From contig JBBCJC010000002.1 of the NCBI GenBank assembly GCA_037189525.1, forward strand, positions 896,001 to 960,000: 64,000 nt of DNA, written 5' to 3'. This document shows, piece by piece, positions 8,334-18,655 of the stretch. The translations under genes were made by a program, and so were the position numbers. This DNA is from Gemmatimonadales bacterium. Lineage in GTDB: Bacteria > Gemmatimonadota > Gemmatimonadetes > Gemmatimonadales > GWC2-71-9. Positions within the stretch are counted from its first letter, which is position 1; every line of letters begins with the position of its first letter. The notes under the pieces are model-generated. The model was not told the origin of the DNA. It ran no database searches and was given only the letters and a program-made list of their open reading frames with translations.

Positions 8334-10285
8334 CTCGTAACCTCTTTGACCTCGCTCGCGGCGGCGATGAGGTGGTCGACATCCCGCGACAATGCGCGCG
8401 CTGCTTGCGTAGCTTGCGTCAGATCGCCCACCACGCCGCCCACGCCGGCCGATCGCACCCGGATCAGGTCGAAGCGCACGTTCTGCATGGCGAGCACGCT
8501 GGATTCGAGCCGGTCCGCCATGGCGCGACGGCGCTCGAAGAGCTCGTTGGCGGTTCGGAATTGCTGTTCGAGCAGGCGGAACTGCCGGTCGCGCTCCTCG
8601 GACTGCGGCTGGTCCGACAGCTCGACCAGCCGAGCCTTGATCTTCTCGGGCGCTTCGGTGTGACCGAAGCCCTGATCGAGGTCGTTGAGCGTGCGTCCCA
8701 GGTCTACCGCGCGGTTATAGAGCGCCTCGGTCGTTTCGGTCACTTCGGGCAGCATGGCGCGATCGGCGGCGGACAGCTTCTGCATCATGGCCATGATGGC
8801 CGCCCGGTCGGTGTGCACCTGCCGGACCTTGTCGTAGTACGCCCCGTACTCTTCGCTCCGCGGCGGGCCGATCGGCCGCCGGTTCTTGCCGCCCTTGGAA
8901 CTGGCCGCCTCGATGGCATCGTGCGCAGGCGGCCGATTGAGCACGTCGCGCCAGCTGTACCCGGCCTGCCAGAGTTGGGCGTAGCTCTTGAGCAGCGGGA
9001 TACCCATGCCGCCGCCGACGAACAGGAACCACGGGCTGTCGAGGCCCGTCGCGATGTTGAGCAGGAGCACGCCGCCCGTCACCGCTGCCCAGCGAGCGAA
9101 CTGATCGCGCACCTTCTGGACGATCTTCGGTTCGCCGGTGTCGGGAATCGGATGGGTCTCTTCCTGGTTTCGGCGGACCCACTCGCCCCGATCGTTGCGG
9201 ACCCACTGGCCGCCGGCCAGCGAGGCCGGCCGGGACGCGACCGGAGGACGCGGCGCCAACGGGGCGCCGGGCCGAGGCGACGGCCGGCCGGCGAGCGACT
9301 CGAGGTACGCGAGGTCACGCGGGCTGGAGCGTCCGCCCTGTGCGGGCCGGGCTCTGGTGCCGGTCGCTCGCTGCGCCTGTTGGCGGGTCCCGGTCGCGGA
9401 AGGCCGGTACGAGGTGACGGTGCGACTCTCCAGCGCGCGGCGAAGCGCGTCGGCGGTGGCCCAGCGATTCTCGGGATCTTTCTCGAGGCACTGCGCCACG
9501 GCGAGAGACAGGTCTTCCGGAACTTCGGGCCGGGCCAGATGCAGGACCGGAGCGGGCTCGGTGATCTGCTTCATCAGGATGCCCGCCACGGTCGGCGCGT
9601 TGAACGGCAGTTCGCCGGTCAGCATCTGATAGGTCACCACGCCCAGGCTGTAGAGATCGGAACGGCCGTCGATTTCCCGCTCACCGGCCGCTTGCTCCGG
9701 ACTCATGAACTGCGGCGTCCCGATGGCCATGCCGACGCCGGTCAGGGTCGCGCCTGAGGTGCCCGACAGCGCTTTGGCGATACCGAAGTCCGTCACCATC
9801 ACTCGGCCGCGGGTGCCCTCGAGCAAGATGTTGTCCGGCTTGATGTCGCGGTGAATGACCGAGAAACCATGGGCGGCCGAGAGCGCGTCGGCCGTTTCTT
9901 TCATGATGCGCCGCGCTTCGTCCGGGGGCAGCTTGCCGCGCCGCTTGATCCGCGCGCCGAGCGATTCGCCCTCGACGTATCCCATGACGAAATAGACCAG
10001 ACCGAAGCCGTCGCCGACGTCGTGGATCGGTACGATGTGCGGATGCGACAGCCGGGCAGCCGTCTGCGCCTCGCGGGTAAACCGCTCCCGAATTTCTTTC
10101 TGGAAAGCCAACTCGGGTGGTAGGACTTTGATCGCGACGCGCCGCTGCAGTCGCTCGTCGCGCGCGCGATAGACCACGCCCATACCCCCGCGCCCGATCT
10201 CGCCCTCAATAGTATAGGCGTCGCCCAGTGCCTCTTTGAGGCGCTGGGCGAGAGGTCGATCAGTGTGGTCGGTCGGTTCAGTCAT
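8330..10285 (-). CDS. Hanks-type Ser/Thr protein kinase with a 2-TM segment and C-terminal coiled coil
   Basis: GRGGMG, VAIK, HRDIKPDN, DFG, MSPEQ; Pro/Arg linker; TM hairpin; helical tail. Confidence 0.93.
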   Translation of the reverse strand: MTEPTDHTDRPLAQRLKEALGDAYTIEGEIGRGGMGVVYRARDERLQRRVAIKVLPPELAFQKEIRERFTREAQTAARLSHPHIVPIHDVGDGFGLVYFVMGYVEGESLGARIKRRGKLPPDEARRIMKETADALSAAHGFSVIHRDIKPDNILLEGTRGRVMVTDFGIAKALSGTSGATLTGVGMAIGTPQFMSPEQAAGEREIDGRSDLYSLGVVTYQMLTGELPFNAPTVAGILMKQITEPAPVLHLARPEVPEDLSLAVAQCLEKDPENRWATADALRRALESRTVTSYRPSATGTRQQAQRATGTRARPAQGGRSSPRDLAYLESLAGRPSPRPGAPLAPRPPVASRPASLAGGQWVRNDRGEWVRRNQEETHPIPDTGEPKIVQKVRDQFARWAAVTGGVLLLNIATGLDSPWFLFVGGGMGIPLLKSYAQLWQAGYSWRDVLNRPPAHDAIEAASSKGGKNRRPIGPPRSEEYGAYYDKVRQVHTDRAAIMAMMQKLSAADRAMLPEVTETTEALYNRAVDLGRTLNDLDQGFGHTEAPEKIKARLVELSDQPQSEERDRQFRLLEQQFRTANELFERRRAMADRLESSVLAMQNVRFDLIRVRSAGVGGVVGDLTQATQAARALSRDVDHLIAAASEVKEVTS

Positions 10286-10548
10286 CCCGCGAGCGCGTTC
10301 CAATCGGCGAAACGTTGTAGCCGCAAGAGCTTACCAATTTCGCTCATGCCTGCCTCCAGGGCAACCGTCCGGGCAGGATCCGTCATACCGATCTGCCCGG
10401 TCTTCCCGAACCCCCGCCAAACTGACATGTTCTCAGGACAGTGTCCTGGCGGAGAGGCAGGTGCCGGAGTCTCTTACGCAGAGATAGGACCGGGGGTTTC
10501 GAAGCTAAGTCGTTGATCGACAGGACTTTGATGATTTGGTGGTCGCGA

Positions 10549-10563
10549 TGGCACGGCCGATGC
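10549..10563 (+). promoter_or_regulatory. Putative sigma54 -24/-12 promoter of lon
   Basis: TGGCACG-GCCG-ATGC (GG-N10-GC); IHF-like TAAGTCGTTGAT at 10506-10517; palindrome CAGGACA-G-TGTCCTG at 10434-10448. Confidence 0.55.
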
Positions 10564-10639
10564 CCGAACAGTTTCGATTGCCCGCCATCCGCACTCATTC
10601 CGGGCGGTGGCGTTTGGCTCAAGGGAAGGATTTGAGACT

Positions 10640-13165
10640 ATGAGTGAGCGATTGACTCTCCCGGTGCTGCCTCTGCGTGAGCTGGTGCTGTTCCCGGGGG
10701 TAACGACGCCGATCGGTGCCGGCCGTCCCGGGACGGTCCGTGCCATCGAGGCGGCCTTGGCAACGGAAGACAAGCTCATTCTCGCGCTCTGCCAGCGGGA
10801 GAATACCGAGCAGGTCACCTCCGATGCCCTCTATACCATCGGAACCATCGCGAAAATCGCGCAGGTCCAGCGCGGGCTCTCCGGCATGCAGGTCCTGCTG
10901 CACGGAGAACGGCGCGCCATCGCGATCCACCTCTCGGAACGGGACGGATACCTCGAGGCGATTGCGCGCGACGCTGAAGAACTGGCGCCGCTCAACGCCG
11001 AGGACGCGGCCTTCGTCGGGTTGAACCGGGAAGTGCGCCAGCGAGCCGCCGAGTTGGGCCAGAAGTCTGGTCTCCCGGAAGAAGTGGTGCAGCAGGTCCT
11101 CTCCAATACCACCGATCCGGGCCGGTTTGCCGATCTGGTGGCCGGCTATATAGATGTCGGCGCGGTCCAGCGGCAGGCGCTTCTGGAAACGCTGTCGGTC
11201 GAGGAGCGTCTCCGCCGCGTGCTGGTGCACGTGCAGCGGCAGATTGCCGTGCTCGATGCGCAGGAAGACATCAAGTCGCAGGTCCAGGAAGAGCTGGGCG
11301 AGCGGCAGCGTGAGATGTTCCTGCGCGAGCAGCTCAAGCAGATCCGGAAGGAGCTGGGCGAAGAGGATGAGGCGGACGAGTTGGACGAGCTCAAGACCAA
11401 GCTCGCCAACCTGGACCTGCCTCCCGAGGCGCGGAAGGAAGTCGACCGTGAACTGGGCCGGCTGGATCGGATCGGGCGCGAGTCGATGGAAACCCAGGTG
11501 ATTCGCAACTATCTGGAGACCATCGCCGAGTTGCCCTGGTCCCATCGGACCGACGAACATCTGGACCTGAAGGCGGCCTCCGATATCCTCGAGGAGGATC
11601 ACTACGCCCTGGGCGACGTCAAGGATCGGGTGCTCGAGTTCCTGGCCGTCCGCCAGCTGAAGCAGGCGGAGGAAGCGGCGCAGAAGGAGAGCGACGCGGA
11701 GCGCGAAGACGCGTCCCGGACGGCCGAGGGCAGCACCGCCACCGGCGAGCCGGAGGCGTCACGCCAGCCGCGCAGCACGCCCGGCAACGCGGATGACAAG
11801 GCCCGCGGTCCGATCCTGCTGTTCATCGGTCCTCCCGGCGTCGGTAAGACCTCGGTCGCCAAGTCGATTGCCCGCGCGATGGGCCGGAAATACGTCCGGA
11901 TCTCGCTGGGCGGCGCCCGCGACGAGGCGGACATCCGCGGTCATCGCCGGACCTATGTTGGCGCCATGCCGGGGCGGATCATCCAGGGGCTCAAGCAGGT
12001 GGGCACCAAGAATCCCGTCTTCCTGCTCGACGAGATCGACAAGCTCGGCGTCTCGTTCCAGGGCGACCCCGCGTCGGCCTTGCTCGAAGTGCTCGACCCG
12101 GCGCAGAACGACAGCTTCGTCGATCACTATCTCGGCGTGCCGTTCGATCTGTCCGAGGTGCTCTTCATCTGCACCGCCAACTTCGTGCAGAACATCCCCG
12201 GTCCGCTGCTCGACCGGATGGAGAGCGTCGAGTTTACCGGCTACACCGAGCGCGAAAAGGCTATCATCGCGCGCAAGTATCTGATTCCGCGGCAGCTCGA
12301 AGAGAACGGGCTGGAGCACCGGAACATCGACATCGCTCCGGAGGCGCTCGCCGATGTGATCAGCGAGTACACCCGCGAGTCGGGCGTGCGGCAGCTCGAA
12401 CGGGAAATCGGCAAGCTGGCCCGTAAGGTGGCCCGCCGGATCGCCTCCGGCGAGGTCGACGGACCGGTCACCGTCACCAAGGAGATGGTCGACGAGTTCC
12501 TGGGACGCGCCAAAGTCCATCCGGAAAAGGCGGCGCGGGAAGATCAGGTCGGCATCGCCACGGGCATGTACTACTCGCCCACGGGCGGCGACATCATGTT
12601 CGTCGAAGCGTCGACCATGCGCGGCAAGGGCGAGCTGGTGCTCACCGGCCAGCTGGGTGACGTGATGAAGGAGTCTGCCAGGGCGGCGTGGACCTATGCG
12701 CGCTCACATGCGGCCGGTCTCCGGATTCCCGACGACATGTTCGACCGGGATGTCCACATCCACGTCCCCGCGGGTGCCATCCCCAAGGACGGTCCGTCGG
12801 CGGGTATCACGATGGCCACGGCGCTGGTGTCGGCGCTGTCGGGTCGCCCGGCGCGGCATGACATCGCCATGACGGGTGAGATCACCCTCCGGGGCCGAGT
12901 GCTGCCCATCGGCGGGCTCAAGGAGAAGATTCTCGGCGCGGTTCGGGCGGGGATCCACTTCATCATCATCCCGAAGGACAACGAGGCCGATCTGGTCGAC
13001 TTGCCCGAGGAGGTGCGGCAGCAGGTCACCATCCATCCGGTGACCGAACTGGGTGAAGTGCTGGCGCTGACGTTGCGCGGGGCGTCGTTCAAGGAAGGGC
13101 GGCTGCTCTTCGGCGACGACAACCCGCGGGATGTCGCCCCGCTGGCCATCGGCTATCCGCACTGA
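10640..13165 (+). CDS. lon: ATP-dependent protease La (Lon)
   Basis: [44 protein letters not shown] (catalytic Ser), IGGLKEK. Confidence 0.98.
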   Translation: MSERLTLPVLPLRELVLFPGVTTPIGAGRPGTVRAIEAALATEDKLILALCQRENTEQVTSDALYTIGTIAKIAQVQRGLSGMQVLLHGERRAIAIHLSERDGYLEAIARDAEELAPLNAEDAAFVGLNREVRQRAAELGQKSGLPEEVVQQVLSNTTDPGRFADLVAGYIDVGAVQRQALLETLSVEERLRRVLVHVQRQIAVLDAQEDIKSQVQEELGERQREMFLREQLKQIRKELGEEDEADELDELKTKLANLDLPPEARKEVDRELGRLDRIGRESMETQVIRNYLETIAELPWSHRTDEHLDLKAASDILEEDHYALGDVKDRVLEFLAVRQLKQAEEAAQKESDAEREDASRTAEGSTATGEPEASRQPRSTPGNADDKARGPILLFIGPPGVGKTSVAKSIARAMGRKYVRISLGGARDEADIRGHRRTYVGAMPGRIIQGLKQVGTKNPVFLLDEIDKLGVSFQGDPASALLEVLDPAQNDSFVDHYLGVPFDLSEVLFICTANFVQNIPGPLLDRMESVEFTGYTEREKAIIARKYLIPRQLEENGLEHRNIDIAPEALADVISEYTRESGVRQLEREIGKLARKVARRIASGEVDGPVTVTKEMVDEFLGRAKVHPEKAAREDQVGIATGMYYSPTGGDIMFVEASTMRGKGELVLTGQLGDVMKESARAAWTYARSHAAGLRIPDDMFDRDVHIHVPAGAIPKDGPSAGITMATALVSALSGRPARHDIAMTGEITLRGRVLPIGGLKEKILGAVRAGIHFIIIPKDNEADLVDLPEEVRQQVTIHPVTELGEVLALTLRGASFKEGRLLFGDDNPRDVAPLAIGYPH

Positions 13166-13189
13166 AACGCAGCAACCGAAACGCGGTAA

Positions 13190-13225
13190 CAACGAGGGGC
13201 GGTCCGATCGGGCCGCCCCTCGTTG
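13190..13225. terminator. Hairpin between the convergent lon and DGC genes
   Basis: CAACGAGGGGCGGTCC-GATC-GGGCCGCCCCTCGTTG. Confidence 0.7.
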
Positions 13226-13228
13226 CGT

Positions 13229-14830
13229 TCAGCCGGCGATCATGACCTGATCGCGTCCCTGACGTTTGGCCATGCGAAGGGCGCGATCCGCTGCGCGGAG
13301 GACGTGACTCATCACCGCGCCATGATCGGGATAGCAGGCGACGCCGCAGGACACCCGGACCGCGACCTGATGCTCGCCCGTTTCGACCGGGGCGTCGGCA
13401 ATGGCGCCGCGAATCTTCTCCGCCACGCGCGCCGCGTCCTGAGGACGGCAACGGCGGATCAACGCGCCGAACTCTTCGCCTCCCAGCCGGGCCACCAGAT
13501 CGCTCGAACGAATCGTGGCGCCGATGGCCTGCGCCACATGCACCAGAATCGCGTTGCCCGCCGCCTGACCGTACTGCTCGTTGCTGCGGCGGAAATGGTC
13601 GATGTCGAACAGGATCAGCGCCAGGTGCTCGCCGGCCCGGCGGGCGGACTCGATACCCCGCTCCAACTCCTCAACCAACGACTCGTGATTGAGCAGGCCG
13701 GTCAGATCGTCGCGATGGCTGATCGAGCGCAGCAAGCGGCTTCGGTCGATTCGGGCGCGGATCGACTGGGTGATGAAGGTGCTGGGTCCCGAGTGGATCA
13801 GGATGTCGTCGGCGCCGGCCCGGATCGCGGCGAGGCGATCGTCGTCCGTCAGCGGCGGCGCGATGACCAGGATCGGGGTGATCCGATACGTCGGGGTTCT
13901 GCGAAGCCAGCGAATGGCGGCCAGCGCGGTGGTATCCGGCAGGAGCCAGTCGGTTACCACCGCATCCCAGGTTTCGGATTCCTCGATGGCTTCGCGCACG
14001 GCGGCCGCGGTAGAGGCAATCCGGGTTCGGATATCGCCGGCTTCGAGTGATGCGGCCAGCGCCTGGCCGCTCGTGGTGTCGGCGTTGATGATGAGGACGG
14101 ACCGCGGACCGGTGGCCGCCCGCCCGATGGCTCGGCTCAATCCCAGCAATTCGCGCTCGAGGCGGTTGGCCGGGATGATCGCATCCAGGCTGGCAAACGG
14201 CTGTGCCAGCGGATCGACCAGCCCGGTCGGAGTGACCGCGACCACCGATGCGGCGCGGGCCGGCCCGGGCAGGCCCCAGGTGGCCGCCAGGTCGAAAACC
14301 TCCTGCGAGTCTTCGCCCGTCAATACGACCAGGTCGGGACGTTCCGAAGCCGCCACGTCCCGAGGACGGTAGCTGGGCAGACGCCGATCGACCACGTATC
14401 GGGCGTCCAGGAGGGTCGCTTCGATCAACTCGATCAGGTGCGGAACCGACCCGATCACCAGGGCCCTCCAGCCGAAGGCCACCGACGCGGGCGGGACCAG
14501 TGCCGGAAGGCCCAACTCGGCGCCCGCGCGATCGAAGGTGGCGGCCAGCTGGTCGATCATCCCGGAGATCTGTTCGATCCCGGTGGCGTCGGGCGCTGAT
14601 TGCGTACCAAGCCACTGCTCGGCGGCGCGCGCCGCCGCGCTGACCTCGGGAAATCCGTAGCTGCCGCCCGAGCCTGCCAGACGGTGAAAGCGGACCTTGA
14701 GCGAGGCGGCAGCGTCGGCTTCACCGGCGCGCATGGCCTCTAAGTCTTTGCGCAATTCATTGAGCCTGGCCGGAGCCTCGGCCAGATACTCGCGTCGGAG
14801 CTCTTCGAAAAACTCGTCGGTTCCGTTCAC
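13229..14830 (-). CDS. Diguanylate cyclase: Hpt - degenerate REC - REC - GGDEF
   Basis: FHRLAGSGGSYGF (Hpt); VVTDWLLPD (REC); DDLTGLLN, DIDHF, RSSD I-site, RLGGEEF. Confidence 0.9.
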   Translation of the reverse strand: MNGTDEFFEELRREYLAEAPARLNELRKDLEAMRAGEADAAASLKVRFHRLAGSGGSYGFPEVSAAARAAEQWLGTQSAPDATGIEQISGMIDQLAATFDRAGAELGLPALVPPASVAFGWRALVIGSVPHLIELIEATLLDARYVVDRRLPSYRPRDVAASERPDLVVLTGEDSQEVFDLAATWGLPGPARAASVVAVTPTGLVDPLAQPFASLDAIIPANRLERELLGLSRAIGRAATGPRSVLIINADTTSGQALAASLEAGDIRTRIASTAAAVREAIEESETWDAVVTDWLLPDTTALAAIRWLRRTPTYRITPILVIAPPLTDDDRLAAIRAGADDILIHSGPSTFITQSIRARIDRSRLLRSISHRDDLTGLLNHESLVEELERGIESARRAGEHLALILFDIDHFRRSNEQYGQAAGNAILVHVAQAIGATIRSSDLVARLGGEEFGALIRRCRPQDAARVAEKIRGAIADAPVETGEHQVAVRVSCGVACYPDHGAVMSHVLRAADRALRMAKRQGRDQVMIAG

Positions 14831-15516
14831 CTGCCGCCTCGCACCGATCCGATGATCTGCCGGGCCGAGGCGATGAAGACCGGGTCGGTGCCCCAGTGGC
14901 CGGCGATGGAATCTCCCGATCGACCAGCAAGTAGCGCACCGCGATCGTCGGCCACGAACGCGACCAGCTCTCCGGGCCAGCCAGCTGGTGTGGTCACCGG
15001 TAGGACCGGGGCAAACCCCAGGTCGATGGCCTGGGACGAGCCGAGGTCCAGTGCGACGCCGTTGCTCGCGGCTTTGCGCAGCGCGGGCGTGAGCGGCGGG
15101 AAGGCATCGGGCGGGGCAATGAATCCCACTGCCTGCTGCGCCCGGGCAATTTCATGGGAGAGCAGCCGGATCACGCCCCGGCTCGAATCGAGTTCCACCA
15201 GGGTGGGACTCGGCGGCACCGAAATCGTATCGAGCAGGGCCGAGAGGGTGTCGAGTGCCTGGGCCTGGCCGTTGACGATCCTGGCGATCAGGGTGGCCGG
15301 CGGTTCCGGGCGATAGCGCTTGGGCCGGCCTTCCTCGGCGCGCGCGGCTCCCTTGCTCACCAAGCCCTCGAGGGCGTTGTAGGCGTTGGCGCGCGCCAGC
15401 CCGGCGGCCCGGGCAATGGCGTAGCCGGTGCCGGGCCCGGTGCGAAGCAGCACTCCGTAGAGGAGGCTCTCCGTCGGTGTGAATCCGAAGCCCGTGAGGT
15501 CCGGTGCGGTGGTCAT
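14827..15516 (-). CDS. TrmB family transcriptional regulator
   Basis: GFTPTESLLY..LL, TGYAIARAAGLARANAYNALEGLVSKG, PKRYRP. Confidence 0.85.
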   Translation of the reverse strand: MTTAPDLTGFGFTPTESLLYGVLLRTGPGTGYAIARAAGLARANAYNALEGLVSKGAARAEEGRPKRYRPEPPATLIARIVNGQAQALDTLSALLDTISVPPSPTLVELDSSRGVIRLLSHEIARAQQAVGFIAPPDAFPPLTPALRKAASNGVALDLGSSQAIDLGFAPVLPVTTPAGWPGELVAFVADDRGALLAGRSGDSIAGHWGTDPVFIASARQIIGSVRGGR

Positions 15517-15520
15517 GGTG

Positions 15521-16588
15521 TTACCCGAGGTGGAGCTGCCAACCGAGATACTTCGCGATCTGCGCCAGCCGAAGCGTCACGTCGAGCACCCGCGATTCGG
15601 GAGCTTTGGTCTCGGCGTGCAGGGGATACCAGTGATAGGTGATCGGGTCGACCGGCTTGGGCTGCGCCTTGAGCGCCTTGGGATGCCAGATGCCCTGTTC
15701 GTCGCACTCGCTCAGCAAGCGGGCCAGGACTTTGGTGGCCGTCGGCGCCGTGTGGAGCACGCCCAGGCGCGCCAGCAGTTCGATGAAGTAGAGTGCCAGC
15801 GGCAGGTCTTTGGGATTGCCCTTGGCATCGGCATCGACCGGATCGCCGAGCAGGAAGGCTTCGGGGTCGATTGCCTTTTTGCCCAGCATGATGGCGTAGG
15901 CCTTCTTCGGCGCCGGCTGCGCGAGGAACTGGCCCAACCGCTCGATGAACCCGGCGCGTTCGCGCTGCAGGTTGGGCATCGCGGCAATCATCGCGATCGA
16001 GTACCAGCTGGGCGGATGGGCTTCGGGGGCCAGGAAGGTCTTACCACCGGCCCGCACCAGCGGCTTGTCCGCCAGCGGGCTCCGCAGGAACTGGGACACG
16101 TTCGAGGCGATCCGATGCGCCGCGCCGCGAATCCGCGGGTCTTCCTGAAAGCCGGCCTCGGCCAGCGCTGCCGCGGCTGCCTCGCGGAAATGCTCGCGGC
16201 CCCATTCGATCGCCTCGGTGCCTTCCTTGGCGAGCTTCTGATATTCGAACTGGAGGCTGGCGTCTTCGTCGCGCGAGAGGATCCGGAACAGGACGCGTTC
16301 GGAGAGCTTGAAGGCTCGGCTGTTGAGCGGAATGCCGAGTTGCAGCAGCCGGCGGTGCTGCGCAATGGTACCGATTTCCTTGATGCCGTCCTTGGCCGAC
16401 GGCGCCAGCCCCAGCAGGTTACCGCCCCAGAGGCCGGTGTCTTTCTGGCGCTTGAGAATGGCCTGGGTGGTTTTGGCAGCCAGCGCGGCTTCCGCCAGAG
16501 CGGCCAGGGTTTCGGGCGACACCGTGTTCGGGGTGCCGAATTCCTGATACGCTCGGAGCTTGATGCTTTCGTTCCCGTGCTCGAGCAA
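15521..16588 (-). CDS. Hypothetical all-alpha protein (possibly prenyltransferase-like alpha/alpha barrel); start uncertain
   Basis: Long ORF in an apparent operon with trmB; QW-like segments ILKRQKDTGLW and LLSECDEQGIW. Confidence 0.65.
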   Translation of the reverse strand: MLEHGNESIKLRAYQEFGTPNTVSPETLAALAEAALAAKTTQAILKRQKDTGLWGGNLLGLAPSAKDGIKEIGTIAQHRRLLQLGIPLNSRAFKLSERVLFRILSRDEDASLQFEYQKLAKEGTEAIEWGREHFREAAAAALAEAGFQEDPRIRGAAHRIASNVSQFLRSPLADKPLVRAGGKTFLAPEAHPPSWYSIAMIAAMPNLQRERAGFIERLGQFLAQPAPKKAYAIMLGKKAIDPEAFLLGDPVDADAKGNPKDLPLALYFIELLARLGVLHTAPTATKVLARLLSECDEQGIWHPKALKAQPKPVDPITYHWYPLHAETKAPESRVLDVTLRLAQIAKYLGWQLHLG

Positions 16589-16761
16589 CCAGCCCAGCGG
16601 GACCCGATGTTCGGTAGGCAGTTCCAGAACGACGTCTCCGCGCTTGAGGGTTGATTCTCAGCCTGCGTCGAGACCTTCTCCCACGGCTCCGGGACCTTCT
16701 CCTTCTTACCTGGTATTGGCTATTACGCTGGCGCGAAAATAGTAGTTGTGGGTAGGAAATA

Positions 16762-17679
16762 CTAGTCCGATGAGGGCCGGTTCGGGCAGGTGTGGGTCCC
16801 GGCAAACTCGCGCACCAGCGACGTAACTGTATCGGGGAACTCAACTTGCGGACGGTGCAGCGCCCTCGGAATGGTGGCGAGCCGGCTGCACGGGATGAGC
16901 CGGACCAGAGTGTCGGCGATCTCGTAGGGGATGACCGGATCGAGCGGTCCCCAGATCAGCAGCACGGGTTGGGTTAGGTCGCCGAATCGTTCCCGGAGCG
17001 CCCGGAAATCGAAATCCGTCAGGACGGCTTCGGCGGCCCGCCGGTAGGCGGAGTCACCGACCAGGGTGTAGTCCGCGGCCGAGTCGGGTTCGTGGAGCCA
17101 GTCGGGATCGTGCTCCGGGAGGACGAACGCCCGGCTCGACAGGTACCAGGCGATGGCACGGGCCCGGCTCGGATACATGGTGTCGGCCACCCCGGCGAGT
17201 CCGACGCCCCAGCCGGCCGGGGCAATCAGCACGGCGGCGCGGATCTGTTCCGGGCGTTGGAGGGCCAGCGCCGCGGCGATTTCTCCGCCCATCGAATGGC
17301 CGACCACGATGATCGGTCCGGGCACCCAGCGATCGACGAAATCGACGAGCCGCCGAGTCATATCGTCGAGCGTGTACGAAGCGGCGACCTTGCTGCTGCC
17401 GCCGAATCCCGGCAGGTCCACGGCCACGACGCGGAAATGCTGGGCTAGCGGGTCGACCACGGCGCGCCAGGTAAAGAGCGATTCACCGAACCCGTGCAGC
17501 AGCAGGAGCGTGGTGTCGCCGCTGCCGGCTCGTACGGTGCGGAGGGTGACATCGTCCGCGGCGAGCCACTCCGCGCGATGGACGGGTCGTTCCGGCCTTG
17601 GCCGTCCCTGCAACAGGGCTGCGCCTACGGCAGCCGGAATGGCCAGCCACCACCAGGATGGGCGGATCAGTCGCCGCAT
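16762..17679 (-). CDS. Alpha/beta hydrolase with an N-terminal anchor
   Basis: LLHGFG, DLPGFG, GHSMGG nucleophile elbow, WGPLD, late His. Confidence 0.9.
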   Translation of the reverse strand: MRRLIRPSWWWLAIPAAVGAALLQGRPRPERPVHRAEWLAADDVTLRTVRAGSGDTTLLLLHGFGESLFTWRAVVDPLAQHFRVVAVDLPGFGGSSKVAASYTLDDMTRRLVDFVDRWVPGPIIVVGHSMGGEIAAALALQRPEQIRAAVLIAPAGWGVGLAGVADTMYPSRARAIAWYLSSRAFVLPEHDPDWLHEPDSAADYTLVGDSAYRRAAEAVLTDFDFRALRERFGDLTQPVLLIWGPLDPVIPYEIADTLVRLIPCSRLATIPRALHRPQVEFPDTVTSLVREFAGTHTCPNRPSSD

Positions 17680-18650
17680 GTGAGCAGGGTCACCGGCGCC
17701 GGCACCAGGCGGGTCATTTCACTCGACAAGACCAGGGTGCTGTCGTCCCACCATGCCAGTCCCTCGCCTTGCGGGTCGAGTCCGCTGACGTCGCAGGCGG
17801 CCTCCAGTCGCATCGGAAGCCGGTCGCTCGCCTGGGCTTTGCGGAACCGGAACACGGTGTTGTAGGTGCGCACGAAGAGCTGCTGGCCGTCGGGCGAAAG
17901 CGCGGCATCCGTCACCAGGCGCGAAAGCAGATAGAGGAGTATGCTGGTTCGGAACGGGAGCCGCCAGATCGGCTCCGCCACCACCGAATCTCCCGCCCAC
18001 GCGGAGGCCGGAATCCAGTATGCGGTTGACGCGCCGCGTCCCCCTTTGGTGAAGATGGCCATGTCGCCCGCCGGCGTCACGACCATCGCTTCGGCATCCT
18101 CGGGGCCGTTGGCGTAGCGGACCACGAGCGAGTCGCGTACCAGAGCGCGATGCGCAGCGACTTCGTCCGCGGTCGGCTCCACGACACGGTAGATGCGCAC
18201 CGCCGGCCGGATCGAGCGATTGTCGCCGATGTCGCCGACGTAGAGGCACCATGCTTCGCCGCAGGGACCGCTGCTCAGGGCTTCCCAATCCTCGTTCCGG
18301 CCGTTGGCCAGGATGACGAATCCCGGATTGCGCGCCAGGGTGTCGATCAGGAAGAGGGTCGGCGGGTTGCCGGAATCGTTGAGCGTCCAGAGCAGGCCGG
18401 GGTGATTCCGGCTGCGGACCAGGCCGGAACTCTCGTAGACCGGCGGCGCCGTGAAAACCCCGCGCTGGCGGACCCGCTGGGCAGGTTTCGGAGTCAGGCG
18501 CTCGCTTTCGACGGGCAACGTGACGGCCTGGTTGCCGCCGTCGAAACGCGGAGGAGGGGGCTCGGCGCCGCACGCCAGGCCGAGTCCGACGGCCAGGGGC
18601 AGCCAAACCGCGGCGGCGCGACCCCAGGGCCGCTCCCGATGAAGCGACAT
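17667..18650 (-). CDS. Hypothetical lipoprotein, probable beta-propeller
   Basis: Lipobox GLAC; ESSGL, WTLNDSG, DWEAL, DIGDN, DAEA and QGEGL repeats. Start reset to MSLH (18650). Confidence 0.75.
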   Translation of the reverse strand: MSLHRERPWGRAAAVWLPLAVGLGLACGAEPPPPRFDGGNQAVTLPVESERLTPKPAQRVRQRGVFTAPPVYESSGLVRSRNHPGLLWTLNDSGNPPTLFLIDTLARNPGFVILANGRNEDWEALSSGPCGEAWCLYVGDIGDNRSIRPAVRIYRVVEPTADEVAAHRALVRDSLVVRYANGPEDAEAMVVTPAGDMAIFTKGGRGASTAYWIPASAWAGDSVVAEPIWRLPFRTSILLYLLSRLVTDAALSPDGQQLFVRTYNTVFRFRKAQASDRLPMRLEAACDVSGLDPQGEGLAWWDDSTLVLSSEMTRLVPAPVTLLTCGD

Positions 18651-18655
18651 CGGGG

